Assembly: GCA_003693705.1 (NCBI GenBank)
Contig: RBZT01000106.1
Location: 1-64,000, forward strand
Length of the DNA stretch: 64,000 nucleotides
Origin: Polymyxa betae A26-41
Taxonomy: Eukaryota; Protista; Endomyxa: Phytomyxea
Direction: 5' to 3'
The position numbers were made by a program, and so were the translations under genes. The notes below the pieces were generated by a model that made no database searches, had not been told where the DNA came from, and was given only the letters and a program-made list of their open reading frames with translations. Of the stretch, positions 11,751 through 25,217 are shown piece by piece; the stretch's first letter is position 1, and each line of letters begins with the position of its first letter.

Positions 11751-13513
11751 GTGGATCTCAGTCTAAAAGATTCGAAAACGATTACGCGTGGCTATAATAT
11801 CTATCTGAGTGCTGCACTCGTAACAGTGTTCTTTTCGCTGATACTCTCTGTAGAGAGATCATGATCGAGTTCCAAATAGATATCAGGCAATCTGCACTTT
11901 ATGGAAGCGTCGAAAATAGCGATCGATGGTATGCGAGCCCTGACCAAACTTGCATTAAACCCCATTCATCCGGCAATCGAGGCGATATTTGTTAAGACCA
12001 CCCTGGTCTTTCATGGGATATTTCTGCGGTTGTAATGAAGGCATCAGCAATGGATTATATAGGGATCATCCCGATGTCTCGAAGTGATAGGAATGCATTG
12101 GCATGGAAGATCGCAGCAAGCCCGGGCATTTTTGCGCACACGATGCGGAATATCAGTACAGAGTTTCTGTTGCTCCAAGACGAATAGTCGGCCGATACTG
12201 ATGCCGCCGGAATTGGGCATGCCATGGGCTGAACACGTACAATTTCTTAGTGCAATTAATATCGCGAATCGTTGATGATCTGGAGGGGGCACCGACGTAG
12301 GCCAATAAATCCTGATCTTAACCTGATGCCCATTCTCTATATCTGTTGTGAGAAATACTCAGCAGCACGACAAAAGCAGCTTGTAGAAGGATGATGGAAT
12401 AGACAACCCGATAGTTTCTGAAATATGGTGAAGTCCAACACCGATCAAATAATTCCAGTATATGTTCGGGCTACCAGCAGCCAGCATAAATAGTATCCAA
12501 ATCTGGCGGTATCTGCCATCGGCAAATTCGCGTAAAATGTCTTTTGCAGCCATCGCGATCGCGATCGAAAGCCAATTTTGTATTATGTATCAGCGGTCCG
12601 GCTTTCAAGTTGGGATGAGACAAGCTCCCAGGCTTTTGGCTGTGTATGATGCAGCTACAAGGCTCCCAAGAGTTTGTCAAGGTCCCGGTTTCCCTGCGGC
12701 AACCGCTCATACATTGCTGCAGGATCTGCATTCCCCCTCAACATGATCAATGTGGTTTTGCCATCCAACAATGATGCATGCGGACAAAAATTTGCATCAA
12801 ATTCAGTCTTCATCAGTAGAGATCACGTGCACTCAGATCGGTCTTGTAGGTATATCAATAGGCCTGTTTTGTAACAATATCACTGGCTGTCAGTTATCCC
12901 GTCGCATCCTGCCTGTGTTGACCCAACACATTACTTTAATTCTGTCTTTGAGTCGAAGTTATGTTCCCGGAAAGCCAGTTGAAGATGAATTTATTAAGAC
13001 TGACCACCTGTGTTATAGCACTAAATATCCCAGGTCGACGGGCTGGATCCCCAGTTCGACCAAACCACTCAAACTTGTGAGCATACTGTACTTTTTCAAT
13101 AAATACTCCTCTGTTCGGAAATAAAAGTCCTATTCAGATTTGGCCATGGTTGATACTGGCAGCTACAACTGCATGCAGACCACGATATACTTTCAGAATC
13201 GGACGTACAGCCCAGCACGCAAAGTCATTGGCGTTAGCGCTGCCAGCAACCTGGCCCGGGCCAGAAGCCATTTCCCTTGGGAACGACATCGGACACTTCA
13301 AGTCACTTTCTGTTTGGATGTCTTGCCGATACCCTGGCTTAGAAGTTTGCTTCTATCAACCTGCCTGATCATCTGCAGAATGATGAAGGTTACTATACTG
13401 ATGAAGGCCACGCCATCATAGCATGAGGTGAGGACGGTGGCGCGGCCACCATTGCGCTCTCCAAGGTGATGAAATCCACTTAAATCTTCTATTATCGATT
13501 TGATCGATCAACC

Positions 13514-14430
13514 ATGAAGGTTCTCGTTCCTGTTAAACGGGTCCTCGATTTCGCTCTGAAAGCCAGGATCAATGCCGACCGAAAATCTGTTGATCTGGCG
13601 AATCTGAAGATGTCTATCAATCCTTTCTGCGAGATTGCCGTCGAGGAGGCGGTTCGCTTGAAAGAGCAAAAACACGTTAAGGAGGTTATTGCTGTTTCAA
13701 TTGGACCCAAACAATGCCAGGAGACGTTGAGAACTGCCTTGGCTATGGGTGCAGATCGTGCTATTCACATTCAGGTCTGCTCTGCTGTTCAGCTAATATG
13801 CAGCCGTTGACATCCCAGAAGTCAGAATTACGAACCGACCAGGATTTGCAGCCTTTGGCAGTCTCGAAAATTTTGGCGAGTTTGACGAAAAAGGAGTCAT
13901 GCGATCTTGTTATTCTTGGCAAACAAAGCATTGATGACGATGCCAATCAAACTGGGCAAATGCTCGCTGGTTTATTAAACTGGCCTCAAGCTACGTTTGC
14001 TTCCAAAGTTGTTATTGGCAGCGATGCCAAGGTTGCTTTCTAACAGTGCTTCCGTTTTATCGTTTTCGCTCATTTACTGAACAGAACGTGAAAGTTACTC
14101 GTGAAATTGACGGCGGTTTACAAACGGTCGACTGCAAACTACCGGCTGTTATCACATGTGATCTGAGGTTAAACCAACCGAGATATTCGTGAGCTGTTAT
14201 AGACTTTTTTCGAATTGATACTGAAATGTCTCTTTAGGAGTCTGCCCAATATCATGAAAGCACGCAAGAAGCCCTTGGAGACGTTAGACACCTCCAGTCT
14301 TGGCATGGATGTTGAACCCAGACTAAAAAATGTCTCTGTAGACAATCCACCACAGAGAAAAGCTGGAGTTATAGTGGAGTCTGTGAAAGAATTGGTACAA
14401 AAATTGAAAGCTGATGGTGTTTTGCCCTAA
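13514..14430 (+). CDS. ETFB: Electron transfer flavoprotein beta subunit
   Basis: [73 protein letters not shown]; multi-exon. Confidence 0.97.
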
Positions 14431-14496
14431 TTGTTCTATTCTGGTATAAAATGTCAAACTCTTTGAGATTTGATTATTTGTATTCGGTGCTTAACG

Positions 14497-15896
14497 TTAA
14501 CCTTGGGTGAGACCTTTCAAAAAATCGCTCAACGAAATACTGACTTGCTTGACATTCTCGGATGGCTTGGAGTCTAGAACAGCAGGAGATGCATCGGCAT
14601 TCGAGCTATTCGTTGTATTCGTTCCGTTGGTATTCAGTGATTCATGGTGAGGTTCCTGTTTGATGTTATTACTGATTGAAGTATCATTTGACACATTCGA
14701 TGGTTTCACGGTTTCTGGTGGAAACTCTGTTAAGGGAGTGGAAGGAGGGGGTGATGATATTTCAGGAACGTCGCTGGAATTATTGGCAGGCAGATTGGTA
14801 TTCTCAATTGTTGCATCCGTTGCATTCTTGCTCGCGTCTGCAATTGTCGCGTTGTCAACAAGTTGCTTTAAAAGCAACTCGTCTTCACCCGCTTCGGCCA
14901 AATACAGCGACGGGACCGCCTCCAGCTTCTTCTTACGCTCGAGCTGAGCCTGTTGTTCGGGCGACAAAGTTGGTGTCGGTTTCCAAGTGATAGGAGATCC
15001 TGTGCATGTACAGCCTGGAAGTTCCATAACATGACCTTCGACATTGAATTGGTCGAAATCACCATTTGGATCCAATAAGGTCCCAAACCAGATGTAAGCG
15101 TATCTAAATCTTGTTAGACATTTGCTGACATTATACCAACTAGCTACCTGTCACCAACCGAGGCACCAATTGAACGCCATTTGAATTCCGACCAGGAATC
15201 TTCCTGTAGGATGAACTTCTTGTGATCCTGATTGGCTACGAACATGTCCAAAGCCCGAATCGACGAGAATGGGCCGCCAGCCCATTCATATGCCAGCTCA
15301 TATGCAGCGACATTGTAAACGTTCCATTTCAATGCGGTCGTCACCTGTAACGCCTTTCGATGCATGCAGTTGGGCTACACGTCATCCATCTGTCAGCAAT
15401 ACTGGCCCAACATGCTGTCGTATCTCAGACTTACATTGCTGTGATCGCTCGGGTAGCAGCATGAACTCCAGGAATGCAGGCCACAATCGTTATTGATACT
15501 GCTATCAGAACTGGTGATGTCTCTCATATGAGCACAAGCTGTGGACATCAACGATCTGGAGATGTTGACAGCTTGGAGCCCGTGCGTGATCCGGAAGTTG
15601 TTGATGGCGCGAATCAGATCGAACGAATCCGATAACGATCTGGGCAATGTTCAGAATCGCTTTCGACGGAATCGAAATCGGTCGTACACAGGACACATTT
15701 GCGATGATTGACCCCCTTCAGGTTCATCCTCCGCCGGTTCAGGCATCTCGAATGGATTGTCGACGCCTTTTGTGGCCCGACGTGCAGGTCGGTTCAACGA
15801 CCTGGATCGGCGCACGCGAAGTAAATCGGATTCCTCCGCGATAGTTAAAGATATTAGACAGATGATCAGCAAGAATCGCATCATAATTCTCCTCAT
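14497..15896 (-). CDS. Secreted CAP/SCP-domain protein with low-complexity C-terminal tail
   Basis: Signal peptide; LIRAINNFRITHGL, ACAHMRD, CGLHSWSSCCYPSDH, YEL, DHKKFIL...W...WRSIG...YIWFG..DP; three short introns. Confidence 0.8.
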
Positions 15897-16030
15897 ATTA
15901 ACTTAAACGACTGAACCGTTAAGGTCGTACACGACTCAAGTATTGGCAGCGACGAGTTGACTCAACATGAGTCAAAAACGTCGGCGGAACATTGATCGAA
16001 GATTTGATCCCCGATTTTTCCGGGAGGCGT

Positions 16031-17753
16031 TTATTTAGACGACGAACAGGTCGTTTTATGGATGGGCCAGTACTCCACTTGACATTGACGCGAACAGAAC
16101 CACGACTGTTTACAGACCGAACATCGTTTTTGAGCTGGTCGTTGACATTGCTCACAACGTTGTTCGAGCATCTCGTCTTCATCGCCAAAGAATTCGGCGT
16201 ACATTTTCAGCTTGAAATCGGAATCAGAATTGGAATCATCTAATTGGTGAAATCGTGACCGACCTCGGATCTTAGGACATCATCATGGAAATAATCACGA
16301 AGCTGACTCTGACAAAGATCGTGGAAATCCAGAGATAGCATGGAATCGTGGATTTCAGGGACCTGTTCAATCAATAGATATCCCTCATTATGTTGATCAT
16401 TTGCTGATGGAATATCGGTAATAACGAGTTGTTCAACATATCGCCAGATTTCTTCCAGAATTGGAAGTTGATCGATGAGCACTTCGTTGAAGAACCGTTT
16501 CAGCTGGTTTCTAATTAAGACGCCATCTCAAAATAACAAAAACGTTCGAACCTTTAGAATGGTGGATTTTCTATGCTCATCAAGTTGATATTTCTGTTTA
16601 CATGCCGGACTGGCCATCAAATTGTAGATTGAGATCCAGAGATTGCCTTCGAGTCGCGACAATCGAAACTGATCGGAATATTCCACTGGACACCATTGTT
16701 GGTCGCTGAACTTCCATATCTACATTCACATCAGATAATTGTGCACTTTCGAACGATTCAACCTCAAACTTTGCCTTTGTCTCGTCGACTAAACGATGCT
16801 GTGTCCAGAATGTTGATCAGTGATAACACCACGTCTAATAGTCACATCGTTTGAACGTCTGAATGTCAGATTTCTGCTGCACTCACCTTGCTTATTCAGC
16901 ATCCTTGAGACAACAGCGGTAGGAATCTGCTCAATTCGATCGGTGATGAACCGCATCATTGAGATCGCATCCGACGCCAATCGGAACTCAATCTCCAGCG
17001 ATTGCCTTTTTATACGATCTCGAACTGATTCGTTGATGTCCTGGCTGCCTGGAACTACTGAATCGACCTCGATTCTGATCAGAGTGAACTGCAGCACAAA
17101 TTATGAAATCGAAAGTACCCTGCATTAAGCGATGCGAAACGACGATAACAATAATCGGTTAATTCGATGATGCAGTCAGATAATGATTCGATCGCTGTTT
17201 GTTGATATAGAGCAACGACTAAAATACTGCAAATCGTGGCTTCTTGGTATAGCTAATGGAAAGTTGAGTATAATGAAGGTTGAGAAGAGCTTCTTACAAG
17301 CAGATAGACCTTCATGGAAGCTAACTCGTTAAGGTTATTGGTCAGAAAATGTGGAAGTACATTATGTCGCCAGGTCTCCAATGTAATTAAACGATGTACT
17401 AAAAGGGGCAACTGCAAGAGATTGTGAATTATGAAGTTTGATGGTGTAATCGGCTTCTAACTCGATCAGTTGTAACTAATGTATCAATAACTAACTCATC
17501 GTGTCTTGATAAGGCATCGCGACAGGCCTGAAAATCACAATTAATAAAAGCTAAACGGAGATTGCAGCAAGAACCTGTAGTTTCAGCTTCTCTAAATCAC
17601 CTGCCTGTCGCATCCACCTAAACCAAAGTTCATTCGGGCGCCACAAAGTAAATCTATAATGGCGACAGACTTGACGCTACCGATTTGCTGAATAGGAAGC
17701 GGCTCCAAGGCTTCCACCATGCACTCGATTTCAAACGGTGACAGCACCACCAT
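16031..17753 (-). CDS. ZMYND10: MYND zinc-finger dynein-arm assembly factor (BLU)
   Basis: N-terminus MVVLSPFEIECMVEALEPLPIQQIGS; LIDQLPILEEIWRYVEQL, LLIEQVPEI; C-terminal CEQC...CSVCKQSWFCSRQCQVEYWPIHKTTC. Confidence 0.9.
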
Positions 17754-17829
17754 TGTGGGCTTTCGGTAAATGATGGTCGTTGCAGAAAGTCACTGTAGTA
17801 AATTAGCCAACGTCATAGAGGAAGAAATC

Positions 17830-17851
17830 GGGGTTTAGGGTTTAGGGTTTA
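17830..17851. repeat. Interstitial telomere-like repeat (telo-box-like)
   Basis: GGGGTTTAGGGTTTAGGGTTTA overlaps an upstream gene's stop codon and lies ~80 bp before the ZMYND10 start. Confidence 0.8.
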
Positions 17852-19847
17852 TTGTATGCAACACCCGCCGTCAACCTTCGAATCTGCTCCAGCTTCCTCT
17901 CGCTTCTTCATAGCTTGCAATCCCAACGTTCTGAGTTCATCAGCACGTGATCGAAAATGTTGTTCCAGATGCTTCATTTGAATCAAAGTCTGGTCTTCTC
18001 GCTTGGCGACATCGCTTTGGTTGGCCTCGGGCATCTCAAATACGGCCCGCTGTTCTAACTTCAGAATTCGTTTGTAGTCTTCAAAAGCTGCCTGAAGCTT
18101 CGTGAATTGTACAGTGAAAGGTGCCAAAGCTTCTTCACTCGGGGCGACGTTCTGTACGGCAGGTACCGGTGGCCCTTCAGGAGTCGGCTGCAGCTGTAGC
18201 TCATGCTGAATCTCAAGAATAACTTTTGAAGTTTTTTCTGCAAAATGTTCATTTAATGGATCCTGCAAAGAATGCGTTTACCTTGGTTATTCACTGCAGA
18301 TTTAACTTTTCCTGAGCTGTTTACATTCAACACTGGAATTGCATCCTCAAAGCTAGCTTCACGGTTGTCGAGCGTTACTTCTTTTTTCGTTCTCATTGCA
18401 TTTAAAACTTGAGGTCTCGGACTGGGCGTCTTACTTGCCTCTGGAGGCTGCTCGTTTCGAACTTGGATCGTGTCATTAACCTGTGCTGTTCTTAAGCACC
18501 GAAATTGATTGAGAACTGAGAATTTACTTTGAAGTAGACTCGCCTTGCAACTGATGCGGCAGCTGCCAACTATTATATGCATATCAGTACAGGTCCCAAA
18601 ACCGCAAACAGAATATATACTTGTTGGTTGCGCTTCTGTTGTTCTAATAAGAATGCGAAAGATTCAATGCATTCTTTCAGTTCGTTCTTGTTGATTTTAT
18701 TTCGACTTGATGCCATTTTGATAATTTCATTCTGAGTTGACTTCGTTAAATGGGATCTGAAATTAAAATATTAAGGATCCCGACCTTCTGATCTTCGGCC
18801 GCTTTCCCGTCTTCGAATGCTTGGAAAAAGCAATAGAGATGGAAAAAATAGTTCGCGTGTTCCAATCCCAATTTGTGCAGCTGTTTCTGACGTGCAATAA
18901 TCTTCTTTTCCGATTCCGATGGGTCTAGTATTGATTCGATTTTCAAGGCATCTTTCAGGAGTTTGATACACTGCTCGATCAGCAGTAAATCCAGAAAGAC
19001 GCCATCCTCATCAATATGGAATCCGCATTGATTTTTCGATTTTGACTTTGAGACAGTACTTGGAGAGCAGAAAATAAAATTCTCAATCACAGAGTACAGC
19101 TGGAACAGGTTCGACCTAAGGAAACATGGATCATGCGTTTTAAAAAGGAATCAGCTAAATACCATCCAGGGTGGTTTAAATCTCTTTTGAGAGCCTAGCG
19201 CACAGTCATTCAATATGTCATGGCTAAAAATGAATAGATATGATGTACATTAGCTGAACTGGTAATCTTGTTGGCGCTTGCATACAGCATCAGTCTTGCA
19301 AGCATTATGGATTCGTCGTCCTATAGATGTGAAATTAAAACCGGTTCTTCAGTTGTCATCAGCACTCGAACCCATCCAGCAAATTCTTGCAGCTCAGCGA
19401 ACGTATCTTGGATGACATTTCCGAAATTTTCAAGCTGAGTCATGAAGACGTAGTGATGCACCATCGCAAAACTATTGAACGATGAAATTGCAATTCTACA
19501 ATAAAAACATTACAGTATACAGGTTCATGGAAACATTAAACAAATTTCTTTCTTCTTGTCTGTTTAAAAGATCATGGACAGATTGCCGCTCGAAAAATGG
19601 CCAAAGCCATTGACGCCAATCATTGTCTAAAAAAATCCTAGAACATTTTTAGGAGAAACTTAACTTTCCAACTGCTACCAAAATACTTGTATAAAGCATG
19701 ATCAGAGGTGTTGTTAGCCATTGGGAATGTGATATATTTTGATAGTAGCGGTGCCCAGTGCGCTCGTGGCTGCTGTCTGATCAGGCTGAAGAGAAACGAG
19801 AGCTGACCTTGCGCGCGAATGTCGATCCTGGCAATTGCCGCCTCCAT
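17849..19847 (-). CDS. Hypothetical multi-exon protein with helical C-terminus and CaaX box (CCIQ)
   Basis: Chain of minus-strand ORF pieces (19638-19847, 18746-19090, 18253-18582, 17849-18268) separated by intron-like gaps; ends ...KVDGGCCIQ*. 5' end uncertain. Confidence 0.6.
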
Positions 19848-20302
19848 TGAAAAATATGTAAATGATCAACATCTGCTGAACGTCTAGGGGTACCCATGGT
19901 CGAAATCTCACGAAGATATTCCATTGACAATATACATTGCACATGTGACTATACACTACAAATGTCACTTCTAATATGGAATAATGTTACATGGTTGCTC
20001 TCCAGTTTCCACTGTTAGATGGTCTCACTTGTATGTCATTGGATGACAATCATAGGCAGACACCCTCATGGTTGGAAGGGTCCCATTCACAGCTAGGAAT
20101 GAGCAGGAAATGAACTTGATGATCATCCAAAACCAACAGCGAATGCCACTCGAAGACAATACAGGCAGCGAATGGGGAATCTCCTCAAGGCGAGTGAAGT
20201 TTTTAGCCAGTTCAATGATGATTCCCTAAACCCAAGGGACTCCACTTTGAGCTATTAAGATATAAAGATGTTGGTGAAGATACATGCTTGGTTTGGAAGG
20301 CG

Positions 20303-20318
20303 TAGGGTTTAGGGTTTA
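20303..20318. repeat. Telomere-like repeat in divergent intergenic region
   Basis: TAGGGTTTAGGGTTTA. Confidence 0.7.
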
Positions 20319-20457
20319 AGTTTTGGGCGCCTCCCGCGATGAAGCCTGGGCGACGCATCAATAATTTGGTCGGCTGGGAATAATGCAGTATTTGCCATGG
20401 AAGCGAGATATTCCGTCTGGCTTCGGTTATTCGTCGAGAATAAGATTTCTAAGCTCC

Positions 20458-21964
20458 ATGCCTGATGGGATCGAAAGTCAGTACGAACAGAGATTTGAAG
20501 CGCCTGCAAAAGAAATGTACAAATTCATTTGCCGCCTTTTTGCCTTTGTCAATCAATGAAACTTGGCAGTTAGTGCAAAGGAGCTGGATCTATTAAAGGC
20601 GATCTACTGCGACCTATGCCAACGCTGTCAGATTCCTGGCCTGTCGAAATGCATCGACAGGGACCTGTTTAGGGAAGTGTTCAAGATCCCGGGACCTCTC
20701 AGCGACTGCATCTTTCACGTTTTTGACAAGCAGAATCGTGGTTATATCGATTACGAGGAGTTTATCGCCGGATTGGCTATCCTTTGCAGAGGTGATAGCG
20801 ATGAAAAGGTTTGCCTTCGATTATCGCTGGTTTTCTCCAAATTGGATTTGAACTTTGACCTTGTTTAACGGATTTTCACAGCAAATTCCCAAATTCATAG
20901 ACAAAGTTTATAAGTTCCAGCTGTTTGGCTTTCGTGCTTTCATAATGCCCATTAAACAAATAGAGCACTCTTTAACCGTGTCTATGCTATTGCTAGCATC
21001 AACCGCAGCCAAATGACTTTTTTTCTAGATGGATTTCCTGTTCAACATGTATGACTTAACAGGAGCTGGGACCGTTAGTCGCGAACACCTTTCTATCGTC
21101 TTGCATACAATGTTGCATGCGGCATACGCCATTGTTTGCCACCATTCCGATGATCGACGCTACAAAGAAGATGTCACCGATCGCATCTGATCCAAAGTAC
21201 TGTCGGCTGTGTTTCGTTCTTTTGGTTTTATTAAATTTTGATAGGTCGAGGCATTCGTTGCCAGTGCCTTCGAGAATAACCCAAAAGACCATATTTGTAA
21301 ACAAGAATTCGTGAAATGGGTGTGTCGAAATGTGCACCTTTTTTTTGCAGGAGTTGTTCGTCCTAGAATCATGCTGCTAACTTTGTCATATTTTAGGCCA
21401 AAGCGAAACTACCGTCGGTTGACTTGGTTGGTTTCCTATTTAAAGAATGTACAACGCCTTCGAATCGCGCCTCCCGATCGCTGAGCCCATCCGGGGAGGT
21501 CCTGACGTTCTCCGACGTGATTCGCTCGTCGCCTGCATCTCGTTCATCTTCATCATCTCCCTTCCAGGGAGGATGCACCTACAGTTCGTATTGCTGTCGA
21601 ATTCCGCGACTTGGATGCCAATCGGTGCAATCAACGGCGTTCAGTGGTGCCGATACGTCGTTCGAAGTAGAGGAGGAAGTCGAACCCAGCGAATATCAGC
21701 ACATTCTCGAGTACGTGTATGATGACGATAGGTGAGTGGTATGGGCCTATAGAGGCGTCAAGCTATGCTGAGCCTGCTGTTAGACCAGGATTTCAGTATC
21801 GATGTCCGAAATGTCACGAGCTCATTGAAGTATCGCATTGCATCGAATGTGGCACGACGTTATTAACTCGCGGAAGCAAGCGCCTGGCTTGTGACGATTG
21901 CTGGCGTCAGGGCCATGACTGTGTTCTCATTTATTGCTATTCTTGCGGTGCTAGGATTGAGTAG
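20458..21964 (+). CDS. EF-hand protein with C-terminal CxxC zinc-ribbon-like region
   Basis: FDKQNRGYIDYEEF and YDLTGAGTVSREHL EF-hands; C-terminal CPKC, CIEC, CDDC and CYSC. Confidence 0.75.
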
Positions 21965-22543
21965 TGCCAAGATGGCATCTGACTTCACGTATATGGGGTC
22001 CTTATACAGTTCCATCATAATATCTTATATAGAGATTGTGGGAATTTCTTAGTATCTCTTCACATCATGAAGTTATAACGACAGTTTATCCAGTCAGTCA
22101 TAAAAATATCAAATCTCACTTAACTGCAAGTTTGCACGTCTGGTTTAGTTGTTGGCTTGATCAAGCTTATCCATATATGCAGCAAGATCCCTCACTTTCT
22201 AATCACAAATTCCCATAAGTAACAAATACGAATAAACTTGGTTCGTGTACTGCTGCCCTGCCGACTAGTTCCACGCTCTTGTTTGCATGTTTATCGATAT
22301 TATCACAGCATTGCATATCTATGACAATTTCAATCTAAAACTGGTAGTTATGTTACATGTGTGTTGTAGGAAGCGATGGGAACGGACTGCGGCCTTGCTG
22401 GTGCCTCTTTTCAAATTGACAACCTTCACTTGTGCCTGTCAATCACACAATCCCATATCTTGGCACACATTTTTAAATCGGGTCATTCATCGCCCGCTCC
22501 TGGTTTTCATCTCCAGCGCCTGATCCAGATCGCAAATTCGCAA

Positions 22544-23947
22544 ATGAGTTACGCTTCACGTGTTCGGGGTACTTCGTCACCGACGAAACCGACCCCGGGT
22601 GCGAAGTTTATTGCTGGTCTGTCAGGCCTTCAGGTACAGCCCTGAATTTCACTGCTTGATTCTGGTATTTATATCTGGAAGGTTACGCTTGAGCTCGTCT
22701 CAGGCGAATGCTACCAGGGCATTCTATTACAAAAATCAAGTCTGAATACGTATTGGTTGGGTCAAGTTCAGCTGTTATCAAAAGAACCGGATTCTACAGA
22801 TTCAAATCGTTTCGAGGACGAGCTCTCTTTTGATGCAGGTCAAGTCTCTTGTATGAGATTGCATAGCGAATCGAAAGGCGATCGGGAGGAACTGCATGCT
22901 GCGTTTAAAACCGATGCCGAAATCCGCTCGAAGAAAAGTGAGAAACCGATGCGAAATCTTGAAAAATGGGACGGCGGTGATGACGGCGGGACGTCAATGA
23001 GCCTCGATCAAGAAGCCAAGATGCGCCCAGAGGATCGCGGCTGGGATCAATTTTCAGTCAACCAGAAGCTATTCGGATACCAAAGTTCCTATGCTGAAGA
23101 AAATTACACGACCAGTCTTGATCGCCAATCCGAATTCTATCGTCAGAATGAACCAAAGGCTCGTAAAGTTGCTGCTGATATTGAGAACGAGGTGTCTGAA
23201 AACCTTCATATTGCCGAAGAGCGCGGTCATCAAATCTCCCACGATGTTGATGAAGAGTCAAGATATAGCACGGTTTTAGACCGACCCAAGTCGAAGAGTC
23301 CCGACATTTATCGGCCGCCTGCGCTTCGTAACAAATCGCCTGAACAAGACAGAACAGCGAGACCTGGCAGCTCAGCTTCGAATAATTCCAATGAGAGAGA
23401 CGCATCGCCTGTCAAATCTGTATCCCCGGTGAAGAATACTTCTCCGATGAAGAGCCCGGCGTTAGAAAATACATCGCCAGTGAAAGCAAGTGTGCCAGCA
23501 AATCACGAGAATCAAGTGAATTCCCCTCAGGAAGCCGAATCGGCAAATGGACATCAGGATGAGGATGAAGAGAAGCAGTTCGAATCTGGTAGCGATGACA
23601 ACAGCAAGAAGTTCCAGTTCAATGCAGGAGCGAAAGAATTCGTTCCAACGACTTTGCCGGGTTTATATTTTACTGATGGTTCTTACATGCCTGTTGTGGA
23701 AACTCCATCACCATTGATGCCACCAATAGGAATGTATCCAGCCTATAGTTTCAATCCATACTATCCTCAATATTCCCCAATGGGCTACGTTAATCAGCCA
23801 ATGATGTTTTCGGCTCCTGGAAATTATCAGTCCTATCAGGCCCAACCGAGCCACAATCCGAATCGATCGCGGCCGCAATCGAGGTCTGCAAAGCCTTCTC
23901 AAACTAAGCAGCAATCAAATACAACAGAACCGAATGCAGACAATTAA
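22544..23947 (+). CDS. ATXN2: Ataxin-2/Pbp1 homolog (LSm, LsmAD, PAM2)
   Basis: FKTDAEI, WDQFSVNQKLFGYQSSYAEENYTT, HIAEERG, DEESRYSTV (LsmAD); FNAGAKEFVP (PAM2). Confidence 0.9.
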
Positions 23948-24103
23948 TCCTGAAAAATATGACTGCATTTCAGAGAATGCCTACAGTAATTATCAACGTA
24001 TGATCGCATTTCAATAATGCTCATATTGTATATGTAAAATAAGTAATTCATTTTTGCCAAGAGAATTCGCAGGGCAGAATTATCGCATCGTAGCACTGGA
24101 CCG

Positions 24104-25118
24104 TTATGGAGCTCTTGTAGTGTATTCTGTTTTTTGTGGCGCTGTCTGATTCAGTGTTTTTCCCTTGACAATATTGTTGATCACCTTCTCAGTCTCCAGA
24201 GAACAATATTCGAAGATGCCAACTGCTCAACAGAATTAGCGAAGTTATAGTGCAGATTTTCGTATTACTTGTTACGCTTCGAGTTAGGGCCATAATGGCA
24301 CATCGGACGAATGGATACATCGCCAGCTATATTCAAGTCGGTAAATCGCTTGATAAGCGAACGAAACTAAACCTACCATAATCAACAGTTTCAGTATTCG
24401 GACACCAAGTAAGGCGATTTTGATAAAGACGATCACTTTAGAGTATTTGAGCAACTTCGCATAGCCAAGAAGGACATACAGCTGAGGTGTCTGAGTGAAA
24501 ATCAGAGTTCTCCAATCAAGGAACTCAGCACGCAAGCCCATCAAGCGTGTCACTTTTCTGTCAAGATTCTGATAGATCAACACAAAGAGACAGAAGATTC
24601 GAAAATCGTGTGATGCAGCAAACAACCTGGCGTTGCTATCGCTGAAGGTATCACTAAGGTCGCCTGAAAATCATTTGGCATGCAAGCGCTCACGAATTGA
24701 TCTACACACTAACCTTGATTGAACAGCAATCTAGCTCGCTGTCGGCATGCAATCATAATGAGAATGCCAGCGAAACTGCTGATACCCTGGATAGCAATTA
24801 GTACCTTAGGAATATCGGGTTCTTTGGCAAGACTCGCAACAGTCCAGATATCGAGTGCAATCCAAACACCGACTTGGCACTTATAAGCTAATTGAAACAG
24901 GAGCCATTGTCGTTTTCGAGTATCATCTGCAAAACTCTCTAGATTTATATCTTTGAATTTGAAGTCCATTAAACCTGCATCATATCGGCGTCTCAGTCGA
25001 AAACCTGCTTTGAGAGCAACGTACCAAGGCTCCTCCAAACTTCTGACCTTGTTCGTTGCATTGCTTCAGACTATTGTACTGGAAGCGATCCAATAAGCTA
25101 CAGGTCAAGCTCAAGCAT
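24104..25118 (-). CDS. Hypothetical multi-pass membrane protein
   Basis: ORFs 24709-25038 and 24284-24625 contain several hydrophobic helices; boundaries approximate. Confidence 0.5.
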
Positions 25119-25217
25119 AATTGGTACCTACAGTATATCAGGTTCTGAGGCAGATTTTGTGAACCTGGCGGGAGCAAAGAAGGAACTCTCGCTTTAGGTT
25201 ATTATAAGGTCTAGGAA

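Noticed and set aside
15795-15830. RxLR effector motif in the CAP protein
   Set aside because: Sequence is LLRVRRSRSLNR with no exact RxLR; better read as a dibasic processing site.
17830-17851. True chromosome end or chromosome fusion site
   Set aside because: Only 2-3 repeat units, embedded between intact genes.
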